A DNA stretch of 64,000 nucleotides from a virus (taxonomy: Duplodnaviria; Heunggongvirae; Uroviricota; Caudoviricetes): IMG/VR virus record IMGVR_UViG_2687453522_000001. One strand, written 5' to 3'. Made by a program: the position numbers and the translations under genes. Within the stretch, counting starts at the first letter, position 1; each line of letters begins with the position of its first letter. Positions 11,045 to 20,677 of the stretch are shown piece by piece. The notes under the pieces were generated by a model, which was not told the DNA's origin, made no database searches, and worked only from the letters and a program-made list of their open reading frames with translations.

Positions 11045-11124
11045 GGTAGTGCTGGCTGGGCTGCCGAAAGGCAGGCCGGTTCCCTTTTGCGCCGGTAGTT
11101 CCAACCCAGTCAGTGCTACCGCCA
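11045..11124 (+). ncRNA. c4-like antisense RNA (tRNA-like structured RNA of the immunity I region)
   Basis: 16-bp stem (GGTAGTGCTGGCTGGG / CCCAGTCAGTGCTACC) enclosing two hairpins; loop CCCTTTTGC is complementary to GCAAAAGG at the icd RBS (11162-11170) and at 10960-10969; followed by GCCA. Confidence 0.4.
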
Positions 11125-11180
11125 TTGAGATTGGAACCTCACGCGGTAGCTCCTTAAATTAGCAAAAGGAGGCTGCCATT

Positions 11181-11402
11181 GTGGCTACTATCCCTACCCC
11201 AACTCATCCTGAATTTATCTGGCGCTTTTACTCCTGCCAGAAACGTCACTATCACTTCGTTATTGCACCGACAGAAGATGAGGCTCGCTCTCAGCTTCCG
11301 GATGCACCCTGTATTTTCTCTGCCCGCTTTTCTACCGATTCGCGCAATTCTCTCAGTTACTGGAGCCTCCCTGTTAACGCTTCTGCTCAGGAGGGACTAT
11401 GA
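11181..11402 (+). CDS. icd: Icd-like small protein translationally coupled to ant
   Basis: 73-aa ORF with GTG start 6 nt after AAGGAGG; stop overlaps ant start (ATGA). Confidence 0.5.
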   Translation: MATIPTPTHPEFIWRFYSCQKRHYHFVIAPTEDEARSQLPDAPCIFSARFSTDSRNSLSYWSLPVNASAQEGL

Positions 11403-12490
11403 GAACGTCATTAGTCACCCGTGAAGAGATGATCGAGGCAATTGAACAGCACACTGCCTGTATCAGTACCAGGGATATACCAGGCGTTATTGCCAACTAC
11501 TTCATGATCACCAAACAACTTTACCGGAGAAAGGACAAGAACGCGGTTCACCGTATCCTGTTGTCTGATATCCGCGAATACCTGCTCGAACAGGGTCATC
11601 TGAATTACGCAACCGTCGCAGCCGAAGCACGCAAGGAGGCACACAGAATGAAAGCAAATAACGTTAAATTAGAAAAAATTCATGCACCTTCAGTTCAGGA
11701 ATCAGAGCTGGTGGTTGCTCAAAATCAGCCTGATGAAATTCCCGTTCTGGAATGGCTGGGAGTACGTGTAGTGACAACTGAGACTCTTGCTAAGGGGTAT
11801 GGGACCGATGAAGCGAATATTCGTAAAAATTTGTCTCGCAACCCCGATCGCTTTGAAGAAGGTAAGCATTACTATCTCTTAACTGGTTCAAAATTAAAGG
11901 AATTTAAAAGGCTAGTGACTATTAGTCACTTGGTTAGCAAATATACAAGTCAGGTAATTCTCTGGGCCGAGCGCGGCGCTGCACGCATGTCTAAGATCGT
12001 GGACACAAATGAAGCTTGGGCATTCTTTGAAAAACTGGAAGACAGCTACTTCCGGCAAAAAGAACAGCAACCGGTCGCAATCCCCCAAACATTACCAGAA
12101 GCCCTACGCCTGGCTGCCGAGTTAGCAGAACAGAAAATGCAGTTGGAACAACAGCTGGTGGCCGCAGCCCCTAAAGTCGATTTTGCCGACCGGGTATCAG
12201 TGGCCAATGGAATCCTGATCGGGAACTTTGCAAAGGTCGTTGGACTTAAGCAAAACGCCCTTTTCTCATGGTTGCGCCAGAATGGCATTCTCATGGCTTT
12301 TGGAGCGCGCAAAAACGTACCGCGCCAACAGTACATCAACGCCGGGTATTTCACGGTGAAAGAAGTGGTGCTGGATGATGAAAATGGCTACCAGATACGG
12401 CTGACGCCCCAATTAACGGGTAAAGGCCAGCAGTGGTTAACTCGCAAGCTACTTGATGCTGGTTTGTTAAAACCAGTAGCAATAGGTTAA
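11399..12490 (+). CDS. ant: antirepressor (ORF6N-like N-terminal domain plus KilA-C-like C-terminal domain)
   Basis: 363 aa; C-terminal about 140 aa is paralogous to the C-terminus of the next gene (LPEALRLAA(E/D)LAEQK ... TGKGQQWL). Confidence 0.8.
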   Translation: MRTSLVTREEMIEAIEQHTACISTRDIPGVIANYFMITKQLYRRKDKNAVHRILLSDIREYLLEQGHLNYATVAAEARKEAHRMKANNVKLEKIHAPSVQESELVVAQNQPDEIPVLEWLGVRVVTTETLAKGYGTDEANIRKNLSRNPDRFEEGKHYYLLTGSKLKEFKRLVTISHLVSKYTSQVILWAERGAARMSKIVDTNEAWAFFEKLEDSYFRQKEQQPVAIPQTLPEALRLAAELAEQKMQLEQQLVAAAPKVDFADRVSVANGILIGNFAKVVGLKQNALFSWLRQNGILMAFGARKNVPRQQYINAGYFTVKEVVLDDENGYQIRLTPQLTGKGQQWLTRKLLDAGLLKPVAIG

Positions 12491-12502
12491 CAAAAGAAAA
12501 AA

Positions 12503-12527
12503 ACCTGCCAGCAAACTGGCAGGTTTC
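12503..12527 (+). terminator. terminator-like hairpin after ant
   Basis: ACCTGCCAG-CAAA-CTGGCAGGT followed by a short T tract. Confidence 0.35.
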
Positions 12528-12568
12528 TGAGCAGATCGTCCAACCCGATCTGGATCGAGTCAGAAAAA

Positions 12569-12585
12569 TTTGCTCTAATAAATTT
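12569..12585 (+). promoter_or_regulatory. C1-type operator upstream of kilA
   Basis: TTTGCTCTAATAAATTT, one mismatch to the recurring 17-mer. Confidence 0.5.
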
Positions 12586-12654
12586 CGTTTTCTAAGTGCA
12601 AAGAATCACCATTTCGAGCTGGTGATTGAAGGTTGATGCAAATTTGGAGAAAAA

Positions 12655-13455
12655 ATGCAACAAACATTCAATGCGGATATGAATATATCAAACCTTCATC
12701 AAAATGTCGATCCTTCAACCACTCTGCCTGTTATTTGTGGTGTTGAAATTACGACCGACCGCGCTGGCCGTTACAACCTTAATGCTCTACACAGAGCGAG
12801 CGGACTCGGTGCCCATAAAGCGCCAGCTCAATGGCTAAGAACGCTGTCAGCCAAACAGCTCATCGAAGAGCTTGAAAAAGAAACTATGCAGAATTGCATA
12901 GTTTCGTTCGAAGGCCGTGGCGGCGGCACTTTTGCCCATGAATTGCTCGCTGTGGAGTACGCAGGCTGGATTTCTCCCGCGTTTCGGCTGAAGGTAAACC
13001 AGACATTTATCGACTATCGAGCCGGAAGATTACAACCTGCTATTCCGCAGAGTCTCCCTGAAGCTCTCCGTTTGGCTGCCGACCTGGCAGAGCAAAAGCA
13101 ACGGCTGGAGCAAAAAATGCTTATGGATGCACCTAAAGTCGAATTCGCCGAACGCGTTGCTACCGCCAGCGGGGTTCTAATCGGCAACTATGCCAAAGTG
13201 CTCGGCCTGGGCCAAAACTATCTCTTCACCTGGTTGCGTGATAACGGAATTCTGATCGCAACCGGTGAACGCAGGAACGTCCCCAAACAAGAATACATAT
13301 CCCGTGGGTATTTCACCCTTAAAGAAACCGTGATCGATACAAGCAATGGAAGCAGGATTTCTTTCACGACTCGTATAACCGGCAAAGGTCAGCAGTGGCT
13401 GATGAAGCGATTGCTTGATGCTGGTGTGCTGGTACCTGTCGCAGCAACGCGCTAA
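12655..13455 (+). CDS. kilA: KilA-like protein (KilA-N-like domain plus KilA-C-like domain)
   Basis: 266 aa; N-terminal GRYNLNALHRASG...APAQWLR pattern; C-terminus paralogous to ant. Confidence 0.7.
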   Translation: MQQTFNADMNISNLHQNVDPSTTLPVICGVEITTDRAGRYNLNALHRASGLGAHKAPAQWLRTLSAKQLIEELEKETMQNCIVSFEGRGGGTFAHELLAVEYAGWISPAFRLKVNQTFIDYRAGRLQPAIPQSLPEALRLAADLAEQKQRLEQKMLMDAPKVEFAERVATASGVLIGNYAKVLGLGQNYLFTWLRDNGILIATGERRNVPKQEYISRGYFTLKETVIDTSNGSRISFTTRITGKGQQWLMKRLLDAGVLVPVAATR

Positions 13456-13484
13456 CAGACGTAGTAAGAACCACCAGCATTGTA

Positions 13485-14330
13485 ATGCTGGCTAAAGTCA
13501 CTTTCCTGAGCTGTATAACGATGAGCGATTTTACTTTTTCTGGCTATGAATTGGCCTGCTTTGTAACACACTCCGGTCTATCCCGTAGCGCCGGGCATAT
13601 CCTGTCGCAATGTGCAAATCTAGCGGCAACAACCAGTGAATACTTCATTCACAAGCCTCACCGCCTGATCGCGGCAGAAACTGGTTATAGCCAATCAACC
13701 GTCGTTCGTGCATTCCGTGAAGCTGTAAACAAAGGAATTCTGTCTGTAGAGATTGTTATCGGCGATCACCGTGAACGTCGCGCTAACCTGTACCGGTTTA
13801 CACCATCCTTTTTGGCCTTCGCACAACAAGCCAAAAATGCGCTGATTAAAAGCAAATTAAAGATCTCTTCAGCGGCAACCAAGGTTAAAGCTGTTCTCGC
13901 TAAGACATTGTCTTTATTTAATTTTTTATCCACACCCCCATGTCAAAATGATACCCCCTCCCCCTGTCAGGATGACGTGGCAATAAAGAATAAGAAGTCA
14001 CAAGTTAAAAAAACAAAAAGATCAGTTTCCGGCGGTGCCGGAACGACCAGATTCAAAAAATTGACCTCATGGATCGCTGAGGCAAAAGCAAAGGCTGACA
14101 ATCTGCGGTTATCCAAAAAACGCGCTCAAAAACATGAGTTCAAGCAGAAAGTAGAGGCGGCAGCGCGGAAATATGCTTACCTGAAGAACAAGCGTTCTCC
14201 TGATATTAGCGGGGTATCAAACTTCGATAATCTGCCGCATTGCATGACGGTAAACGAAGCTCTTAATGCGGTTTTAGCCAAAAATAAAGATAACGAAAAA
14301 TGGGGTATACCGGCAGGATTCAGAGGGTGA
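13485..14330 (+). CDS. repL: RepL-like lytic replication protein
   Basis: 281 aa directly downstream of kilA, matching the P1 kilA-repL arrangement; assignment by synteny and size. Confidence 0.5.
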   Translation: MLAKVTFLSCITMSDFTFSGYELACFVTHSGLSRSAGHILSQCANLAATTSEYFIHKPHRLIAAETGYSQSTVVRAFREAVNKGILSVEIVIGDHRERRANLYRFTPSFLAFAQQAKNALIKSKLKISSAATKVKAVLAKTLSLFNFLSTPPCQNDTPSPCQDDVAIKNKKSQVKKTKRSVSGGAGTTRFKKLTSWIAEAKAKADNLRLSKKRAQKHEFKQKVEAAARKYAYLKNKRSPDISGVSNFDNLPHCMTVNEALNAVLAKNKDNEKWGIPAGFRG

Positions 14331-14333
14331 TAG

Positions 14334-14350
14334 ATTGCTCTAATCTGGAG
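14334..14350 (+). promoter_or_regulatory. degenerate C1 operator-like site
   Basis: ATTGCTCTAATCTGGAG shares the first 11 nt of the operator motif; just after the repL stop. Confidence 0.3.
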
Positions 14351-14594
14351 TCACCTGGCGTTTTCAGTTTGAGGTCGGAGATGCAATCTGATTTTTTACA
14401 GTTAGCGATTACTTTTTGCAGGGCATCGTTGAGACATATCCATATATAAAAACCCAAAGCCAGATCAAAACTTGTACTGATAAAAACACAGCTAACCATC
14501 ACAACTTGTAACGTTTATAATTAGTAAAAGAGTGATACATTGCTACTTTTACATATTTTTTGACTTAATTCATGGATAGTAATGGAGATGCATA

Positions 14595-15650
14595 ATGACT
14601 TATGCTGGCACACAAACAGCAGATAACGCCGGGGATACCATGAAATCATATGCTATTTGGAATAATAAAGGTGGCGTAGGAAAGACCTACTTATCTTTCG
14701 CTATGGCCTGTGAATACGCAAGGCAAAATCCAGAAAAGCGTATTATTTTTGCAGATATGTGCCCGCAGGCTAACTTATCTGAAATATTGCTCGGCGGTAA
14801 CGGTACTGGTGCTGCTAACCTCGCGAGCTTAATTCAACAACGAAAAACTGTCGGTGGGTACTTTGACAGAAGAACTCGCAGCCCCCACATGCTTACCGGT
14901 TCAGAAACAAGTTTCTTAATTCATGTCTCTGAAATTAACGAGCATGTCCCTGACAATGTATTTTTGATTGCAGGCGACCCAAGCCTGGAAGTTCAGGCGC
15001 AAGTAATCAATCAGTTAAGCAGCGTAAACTTACCAGTTGACTCATGGAAAAGCATCCACCTGTGGCTACGAGATTTGCTTGTTGCATGTGCACAACAACA
15101 AGGTATCGAAGAAACCATTTGCTTTATTGATTGCAATCCCAGTTTCTCTGCCTATACCGAACTATCACTGATAGCAGCAAATGCAATTATAATACCTTGC
15201 TCAAGTGATGGTTCTTCGGCTCGAGCAGTGGATAACCTAAGCCAGTTGGTTTATGGCGTTGGAGTACAAAACGATTATCGTTCTGTTAACTTTTACGATC
15301 GGTGTCAACAGTTTGGTCTAGCGGTTCCTGTCATTCATTCTCTAGTTTTTAATCGTTCGACAGAGTATGACAAACGAGCAAGTAAAGCGTTTTCGGCAAT
15401 GTTCGACGAAATCAGGGATAGAGCTGAAAATCTGCGGACGAATAAACCAACAGCGTTCCAAGGCGGAAATTTAAAAACGTTTACTGTGCCAGATAACCAT
15501 TCCGTAGCTATAGTATCTTCCCATCTAGGAAGACCTCTATTTGATATAAAACCAGGCAGATATCAGATCCATGACACTGAGCCACAAATCAATAATGAAC
15601 CATTAGAAAGATATGGTGCAGCAATCGAACGTCTTGTTCAGAGTTTATAG
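14595..15650 (+). CDS. ParA/MinD-family P-loop ATPase (orphan, no adjacent ParB)
   Basis: 351 aa with deviant Walker A KGGVGKT near the N-terminus; true start may be the internal Met at 14640. Confidence 0.75.
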   Translation: MTYAGTQTADNAGDTMKSYAIWNNKGGVGKTYLSFAMACEYARQNPEKRIIFADMCPQANLSEILLGGNGTGAANLASLIQQRKTVGGYFDRRTRSPHMLTGSETSFLIHVSEINEHVPDNVFLIAGDPSLEVQAQVINQLSSVNLPVDSWKSIHLWLRDLLVACAQQQGIEETICFIDCNPSFSAYTELSLIAANAIIIPCSSDGSSARAVDNLSQLVYGVGVQNDYRSVNFYDRCQQFGLAVPVIHSLVFNRSTEYDKRASKAFSAMFDEIRDRAENLRTNKPTAFQGGNLKTFTVPDNHSVAIVSSHLGRPLFDIKPGRYQIHDTEPQINNEPLERYGAAIERLVQSL

Positions 15651-15681
15651 TGGCTTATCTCAGTCATAATGGCTAAAAAAA

Positions 15682-15708
15682 GGCTGCAACAGAGGTTGCA
15701 GCCTTTTT
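15682..15708. terminator. bidirectional rho-independent terminator
   Basis: GGCTGCAAC-AGAG-GTTGCAGCC flanked by an A-run and a T-run, between convergent genes. Confidence 0.55.
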
Positions 15709-15719
15709 ATAAAATTACA

Positions 15720-16007
15720 TTAACAGACTGGTAGCGATAGTAAATTATTATTCCATCGATTGTCTGCATACGTTCTAATAAACTGCCTTCCACCATTACC
15801 AGGATTAACAACCCCAACTTCTACACGATTACCTGCATTATCTGTTACATAGAATGTATGGAGATTATTATCAATAGCATTAATTACCTGCTCAACAGTC
15901 CATTTCCCATTGCTAGTATTAAATTGAGGACTTCCCACATGAGTAATATGCTCATGGATTGATTGCGAGCCGGAGAGGGTAATGCAAGTAATGCGTACAT
16001 CAGCCAT
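15720..16007 (-). CDS. small protein, DUF3892-like
   Basis: Start moved to the MADVRIT Met; the track ORF extends upstream through an A/C-rich low-complexity tract. Confidence 0.45.
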   Translation of the reverse strand: MADVRITCITLSGSQSIHEHITHVGSPQFNTSNGKWTVEQVINAIDNNLHTFYVTDNAGNRVEVGVVNPGNGGRQFIRTYADNRWNNNLLSLPVC

Positions 16008-16296
16008 ATATGCTTCCTTTATTCTATAGATTATAGGAATTGCGTCGTCCAAAAAAACAAACAACACAATAACAATAAAGAAACATACACACAACAAAAA
16101 CTAACGCTATTTATTGATAGATTTGCCTGATGAATGCTAGCTCTCTTTGCTACCTAGCACTCAAACAAATAACAGAAGAAAGACCCAGATAACATTACGC
16201 GTCCTGCAAGACGCTTAACATTAATCTGAGGCCATATCTATGCTTAGCATATCTAGATTAACCCTCTCCCCTTTTAAGGAGCAAGGAATTTTACTG

Positions 16297-16893
16297 CTAT
16301 GCCGCCTTTCCAGTTATGGATTCTGCGACAAGAACAACCCCATGCTTACTTCGATCCGGATGTTCACTCCATATCTCGGATTCAGGAATACTTTTCCCGT
16401 CATAGCAAACACGTTCGCCATCAAATGGGTAATACTGAGCAGTATCGGTGTCCAGGATAAAAACTTTTAGTTCGGAAGAACGACGAGCGATGTGCTGCCA
16501 AAGAGCCTTTCCGCCTTCGTATTGCTCATTGTCACTTAGCAAAACAACTCCGGCTTTTGAAGCTACGGTTTCATAAACAAAAGTGGCTAAACCGACATCC
16601 CGGACGATTCCATCAACCACGATACCTTCAATCTGGGCAACATCGTTATCTTCCCAGAACTTCCTCACCAGTACGCCTTCAAGCTGTGGGCGACGTTGAA
16701 GTTCAAGAGTAGCGACAACCTTATGGCGCATATCACCATCGATAACAGAAGGAGCAGCCTCTATTACGGCAGCAAATGGGGTTTTGGAATCCCATATAAC
16801 CTGGTAAAGCACACCCTGGATGGTAACTCCGTCCAGGATCGAAAATCGACGAGCGACAGTACCCGGGGAGTACGACATTGGAATCACAGCCAT
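16297..16893 (-). CDS. hypothetical protein
   Basis: ORF of about 200 aa; probable start at the MAVIPMSY Met. Confidence 0.45.
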   Translation of the reverse strand: MAVIPMSYSPGTVARRFSILDGVTIQGVLYQVIWDSKTPFAAVIEAAPSVIDGDMRHKVVATLELQRRPQLEGVLVRKFWEDNDVAQIEGIVVDGIVRDVGLATFVYETVASKAGVVLLSDNEQYEGGKALWQHIARRSSELKVFILDTDTAQYYPFDGERVCYDGKSIPESEIWSEHPDRSKHGVVLVAESITGKAA

Positions 16894-17021
16894 TTTAGAG
16901 TCCCCCTTTAACAGTACAGGCACAAACATCTACCTCAATAATTGTAGTTTATTAGAACATTAATAATCTAACATAAAACTCCAGACAATGTTATCGATGC
17001 ATTTTTATATAAAAAGGTTAT

Positions 17022-17046
17022 AAAAAAAGCTCCCGAAGGAGCTTTA
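17022..17046 (-). terminator. rho-independent terminator after the structural block
   Basis: AAAGCTCC-CGAA-GGAGCTTT, with a T-run on the minus strand. Confidence 0.5.
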
Positions 17047-17064
17047 AAATACAAGGGATGACTC

Positions 17065-17574
17065 TTAATCCCACTCAATCCAGTTGTAGACGATACGAAG
17101 TGACGGGCGCACAGCGGCAGTCACATCTTCGGTACTAAAGTCGATTGCATCACTGTAGATTTTGCAGTCCAACATTTCAATTGTTGTAGCAGCTTTTGTC
17201 ACAGCGTTAACCCCGGAAGATTTGGATTCAGGGGTCGCAGCCATCGTGATATCAACATAGTCCTTCGCCGCAATGCGATCTTTAATGAACTGAAGAATAT
17301 CACCTTCGATAGTCTCCACGCACTGGACCTGGATTTCCCCGGAGTTACGGATTGGACCGTGCTGGTTGAACTTCACACCATTCGGACCATAGTCCTCCAC
17401 ATCCTCGCGGGTCATTTCAGGAATTTGCGACGTGCGAACCAGTACGCTGATATCTTCATGGCCTGCAAAAGTGAGCTGGAATTCAGAAGATACCAGTCGT
17501 TCGCCTTTGGCCGCGTTGGCAGTATAGCGGCCCTTAATAAATTTACGGTTTCCCTTAGTGTTATTGTGCCCCAT
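17065..17574 (-). CDS. tail/baseplate structural protein (tube-size candidate)
   Basis: 169-aa ORF downstream of the sheath candidate in the same block. Confidence 0.45.
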   Translation of the reverse strand: MGHNNTKGNRKFIKGRYTANAAKGERLVSSEFQLTFAGHEDISVLVRTSQIPEMTREDVEDYGPNGVKFNQHGPIRNSGEIQVQCVETIEGDILQFIKDRIAAKDYVDITMAATPESKSSGVNAVTKAATTIEMLDCKIYSDAIDFSTEDVTAAVRPSLRIVYNWIEWD

Positions 17575-17585
17575 ATAAAATCCTT

Positions 17586-18167
17586 TTACTGGAACGCCCG
17601 AACAATATCGGAGCTGTTATATATCGAAGAACCGGTCAACTGGAGGTTGACGGTGTTTTTCAGGAAATATCCATTACTGTCCCTTGGCGCATCGAGATCA
17701 AAACTTAAGTCCTGGATGGCGACATCGGTGATGTTGATCCGGCGACCAATGTTTAGCGTCACGCGCTCCGGGATTCGACCACCAACATTGGCCGCTTTTA
17801 GTTCCGGGCTAATCATGGCTGTCAACGCGGCGATAGCGCCTGAAACTTCAATGAATGGATTGTTCAAAGCAATGAAAGTTACAGGCAGCGTGAACGTCGG
17901 CGGAGTCCCCCCTTCCCAAACCATTAAGCTATTCCAACGGGCAACCGACGTTGTTTCAGTACCTACTTGCACAAAACCACCCAGAGCACCAGAAACAGAT
18001 CCCATGGACATACCGGTAAACGGCGCTTCCCAATTCTGGGCCATGTTCATTGCCGCTCCCTGGCTGATATATCCGGTAACCTGGTACTGAGAGTTCGTTA
18101 AAGTAACTTTCAGATATGGCGATACACCGTCAGCCTGGCTGTAAACCCCATAAGCTATAGGAGCCAT
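17586..18167 (-). CDS. structural protein of unknown function
   Basis: 193-aa ORF in the block 17065-22405. Confidence 0.45.
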   Translation of the reverse strand: MAPIAYGVYSQADGVSPYLKVTLTNSQYQVTGYISQGAAMNMAQNWEAPFTGMSMGSVSGALGGFVQVGTETTSVARWNSLMVWEGGTPPTFTLPVTFIALNNPFIEVSGAIAALTAMISPELKAANVGGRIPERVTLNIGRRINITDVAIQDLSFDLDAPRDSNGYFLKNTVNLQLTGSSIYNSSDIVRAFQ

Positions 18168-18202
18168 TCAAGTTAAAGGCCGGAGTTCCCCGGCCTCCTC
18201 CT

Positions 18203-19018
18203 TTAGCCAAGGCGCTTACGGCGCAGTTTCATTGACTTTTTGCGGGCAAGTTTTGCCGCGCCAGTCTGGGCTTTTCGACGCGCTTTTTTCAGCGCCGATT
18301 TTTGAGCCGCAGTCAGACGTTTTTTACGCAGGCGTTTACGGATGAGTTTGATCTCACCGTTACGAACAACCTTCTTAAATGCTTCAGTCAGCATTTCATC
18401 AGAAGTGCCAGCAACAACAAACGCCGCTTCCAGTTCGTCGCGGTCGTCGCTATCTAAACCAGCGATAGAGGCACCAACATCAGCAGCAGCGTCGTCGTCT
18501 TCATCGTCAGCCAGTGCTTCGATCAGGTCATCATCTACACCGCATGCTGCGAGGAAGTCAGCAACATTTGCCCATGCTTCGTTATAGGCATCGTCCTGTT
18601 CTTCTGTAACTTCGGAGTCGTCGTCATCAGAGATACCAGCGATAGCCTGAACGAAACCATCAAGGGAGTCGAAAGTCAGATCACCGCTATCAGCCCAGGC
18701 GAAAACGGCATCGGCCGCATTACTCAACGCATTCTGCATAGCACTTCGATTTGCAGCTTCCAGAATCATCTTGTGCGCCTGTTCGACGGTCCATTCTTTA
18801 CCATCTTTTCCTTCCAGGATTTGCTCTGGAGCCGGGGCAGATGGAACGTTATCGTTAGTCTGTGCCGCCGGTTCCGGATTATTATTAATAACCGGATCTG
18901 TTGGCGGTTCGGCGCTTGCTCGGGCAGACTCCATCAGCTGCACAGGATCAGAGTTCAAAGCGAAACGGGACAGTCCATTCCCCAAAAATGCCCCGGATTG
19001 AAAAAAGTTTTTGCTCAT
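18203..19018 (-). CDS. structural protein with acidic core and highly basic C-terminal tail
   Basis: 271 aa; Asp/Glu-rich middle and RKRLRKKRL...KLRRKRLG C-terminus. Confidence 0.45.
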   Translation of the reverse strand: MSKNFFQSGAFLGNGLSRFALNSDPVQLMESARASAEPPTDPVINNNPEPAAQTNDNVPSAPAPEQILEGKDGKEWTVEQAHKMILEAANRSAMQNALSNAADAVFAWADSGDLTFDSLDGFVQAIAGISDDDDSEVTEEQDDAYNEAWANVADFLAACGVDDDLIEALADDEDDDAAADVGASIAGLDSDDRDELEAAFVVAGTSDEMLTEAFKKVVRNGEIKLIRKRLRKKRLTAAQKSALKKARRKAQTGAAKLARKKSMKLRRKRLG

Positions 19019-19027
19019 TGTATTCCC

Positions 19028-20617
19028 TTACTTAATAAGCAGCGGTACGCCCTGGATACGACGGCCTACGCCAGTCGGGCAGCAGGCCCAGACTGCTTCC
19101 CATTTATCGAATTCCGCCTGCGTAACTTTCAGCACATACGGTTCTGTACCGTCAGCATCGGGATCACGAGGAGCCACCAGAGCGCCGGAGGCGACAAAGC
19201 GATCTAAAAGTTTGGTCATCCCTTTAGTCAGGCCAGCCGCAGTAATACCGTCCGGGCTATGCTTCATCTGTCGGGCTAACTGGACAAAGAAACGACTGAT
19301 TGCATTCATCAGGGATGGGACGTGCTGGAAGTGCAGATAGTTATCCTGCGTGCAGCAAGTTAAAGCATCGTCGATGATCATCTGGCCAGAGGTGCCAACA
19401 GATACTTTATTGAGACGGCCCTTGACCATTGCTTCTTCGTCCGGGGTATCTTCCGGATACAGCGGTTGAATTGACGCACGAGCAATGACGGCACGTTCTT
19501 CACCAGCCGGTGAGTAATGCCAACCGCCGACATCAGAGTTTTTCTTGACGCCACGAGCTTTCGCCGCATACGCCGCGCCAGACAGACCGAAGACCACACG
19601 GGATTGGGTCCATTTGTCTTTGCAGGAGAACGGGTAGTGATAGACAGAACAGCTTACATAATCGGTACCAAGTAAACCGGTACCCTCAACAGCTGTTAGT
19701 GCTTCTGCGTACCTTAATGTCGGTTTGACATCAAAGAAGCCATCAATCAGGCGATCTGCACAGATTTTACCTAATGCGGTGATAGCCGCATTGTCATAGC
19801 AGCCCAGGCCAAGAACAGCGGTGTACATGTACGGCGCATTATTCAGCACTTTAACCGCACGCAGGTAAGCAGCGGTTGAGATTTTCGACTGATCGCCATT
19901 GGTACCGCCAGTGAATGCCACCGATTTTTTATTTGTTACTTTCGCTGTAGAAATCAGCTCTTCATTAACAACCGCACGCAGATATTTAGAACGGGCTTCC
20001 AGAGCCGTAGGCAGATAACACAAGCGGCCCATGTCATCTTTCGCTTCTTCCGCCAAAGACACAGTGTGTGTCTCCAGGGTCGTTACCACACCGAGCGAAG
20101 TCGTCTGGGTCAGTTTTAAGAGGAAGCGTTCATTACCCGCGCTGTCCGCTGTTGCCGTTTCGATGGTTAACTCACGGGTAGGTGAAATACACGGATCACC
20201 ATCATCAACGTAGATAGCAAAGGCTTCGCCGCTATCAAGTTCAATTTCAGAACCGTATGGCAACGCACTGTTAGCCGGTTCGCCTGATTCATCGAACATA
20301 ATAATCGGGAACTTCGCATCATCCGGAACAGCACGGACAACATAACCAGACGTTTGCTGAATAGCTTCGTACACATGGCGAATTGGTTCAAACTGTGAGC
20401 CGGAAGACGGCTTCAGCGGTTCGCCAAGAACATCTTCGTAATTGGACTCAGTAACCGCAAGAACAGTAAACGGCTTGCCACGCGCAAATACGCCAATACC
20501 AGCCCACAAGCTGCTATTTAATGCAACACCGGTAGATAACGTCGCATCGGCATTGATCGGGCTAACCGCGACGCCGGATGCATTACCTAATGACTGTTGA
20601 ATTGAATATTGAGACAT
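19028..20617 (-). CDS. contractile tail sheath protein candidate
   Basis: 529 aa, sheath-like size and composition, adjacent to the capsid candidate; consistent with P1 gene 22 position. Confidence 0.55.
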   Translation of the reverse strand: MSQYSIQQSLGNASGVAVSPINADATLSTGVALNSSLWAGIGVFARGKPFTVLAVTESNYEDVLGEPLKPSSGSQFEPIRHVYEAIQQTSGYVVRAVPDDAKFPIIMFDESGEPANSALPYGSEIELDSGEAFAIYVDDGDPCISPTRELTIETATADSAGNERFLLKLTQTTSLGVVTTLETHTVSLAEEAKDDMGRLCYLPTALEARSKYLRAVVNEELISTAKVTNKKSVAFTGGTNGDQSKISTAAYLRAVKVLNNAPYMYTAVLGLGCYDNAAITALGKICADRLIDGFFDVKPTLRYAEALTAVEGTGLLGTDYVSCSVYHYPFSCKDKWTQSRVVFGLSGAAYAAKARGVKKNSDVGGWHYSPAGEERAVIARASIQPLYPEDTPDEEAMVKGRLNKVSVGTSGQMIIDDALTCCTQDNYLHFQHVPSLMNAISRFFVQLARQMKHSPDGITAAGLTKGMTKLLDRFVASGALVAPRDPDADGTEPYVLKVTQAEFDKWEAVWACCPTGVGRRIQGVPLLIK

Positions 20618-20677
20618 AACTTTCCCTGTTATGCGCCCCGCGCGGGGGCGCTATGTTAAACGGAGAGCTTCCCCTGA

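Noticed and set aside
16040-16110. A/C-rich low-complexity tract (ACAAACAACACAATAACAATAAAG...) as a possible repeat element
   Set aside because: Single copy, no flanking inverted repeats; more likely an untranslated leader of the adjacent minus-strand gene. It causes the over-long N-terminus of track ORF 15720..16097.
17359-18090. Plus-strand 243-aa ORF
   Set aside because: Antisense across two tightly packed minus-strand structural genes; typical shadow ORF.
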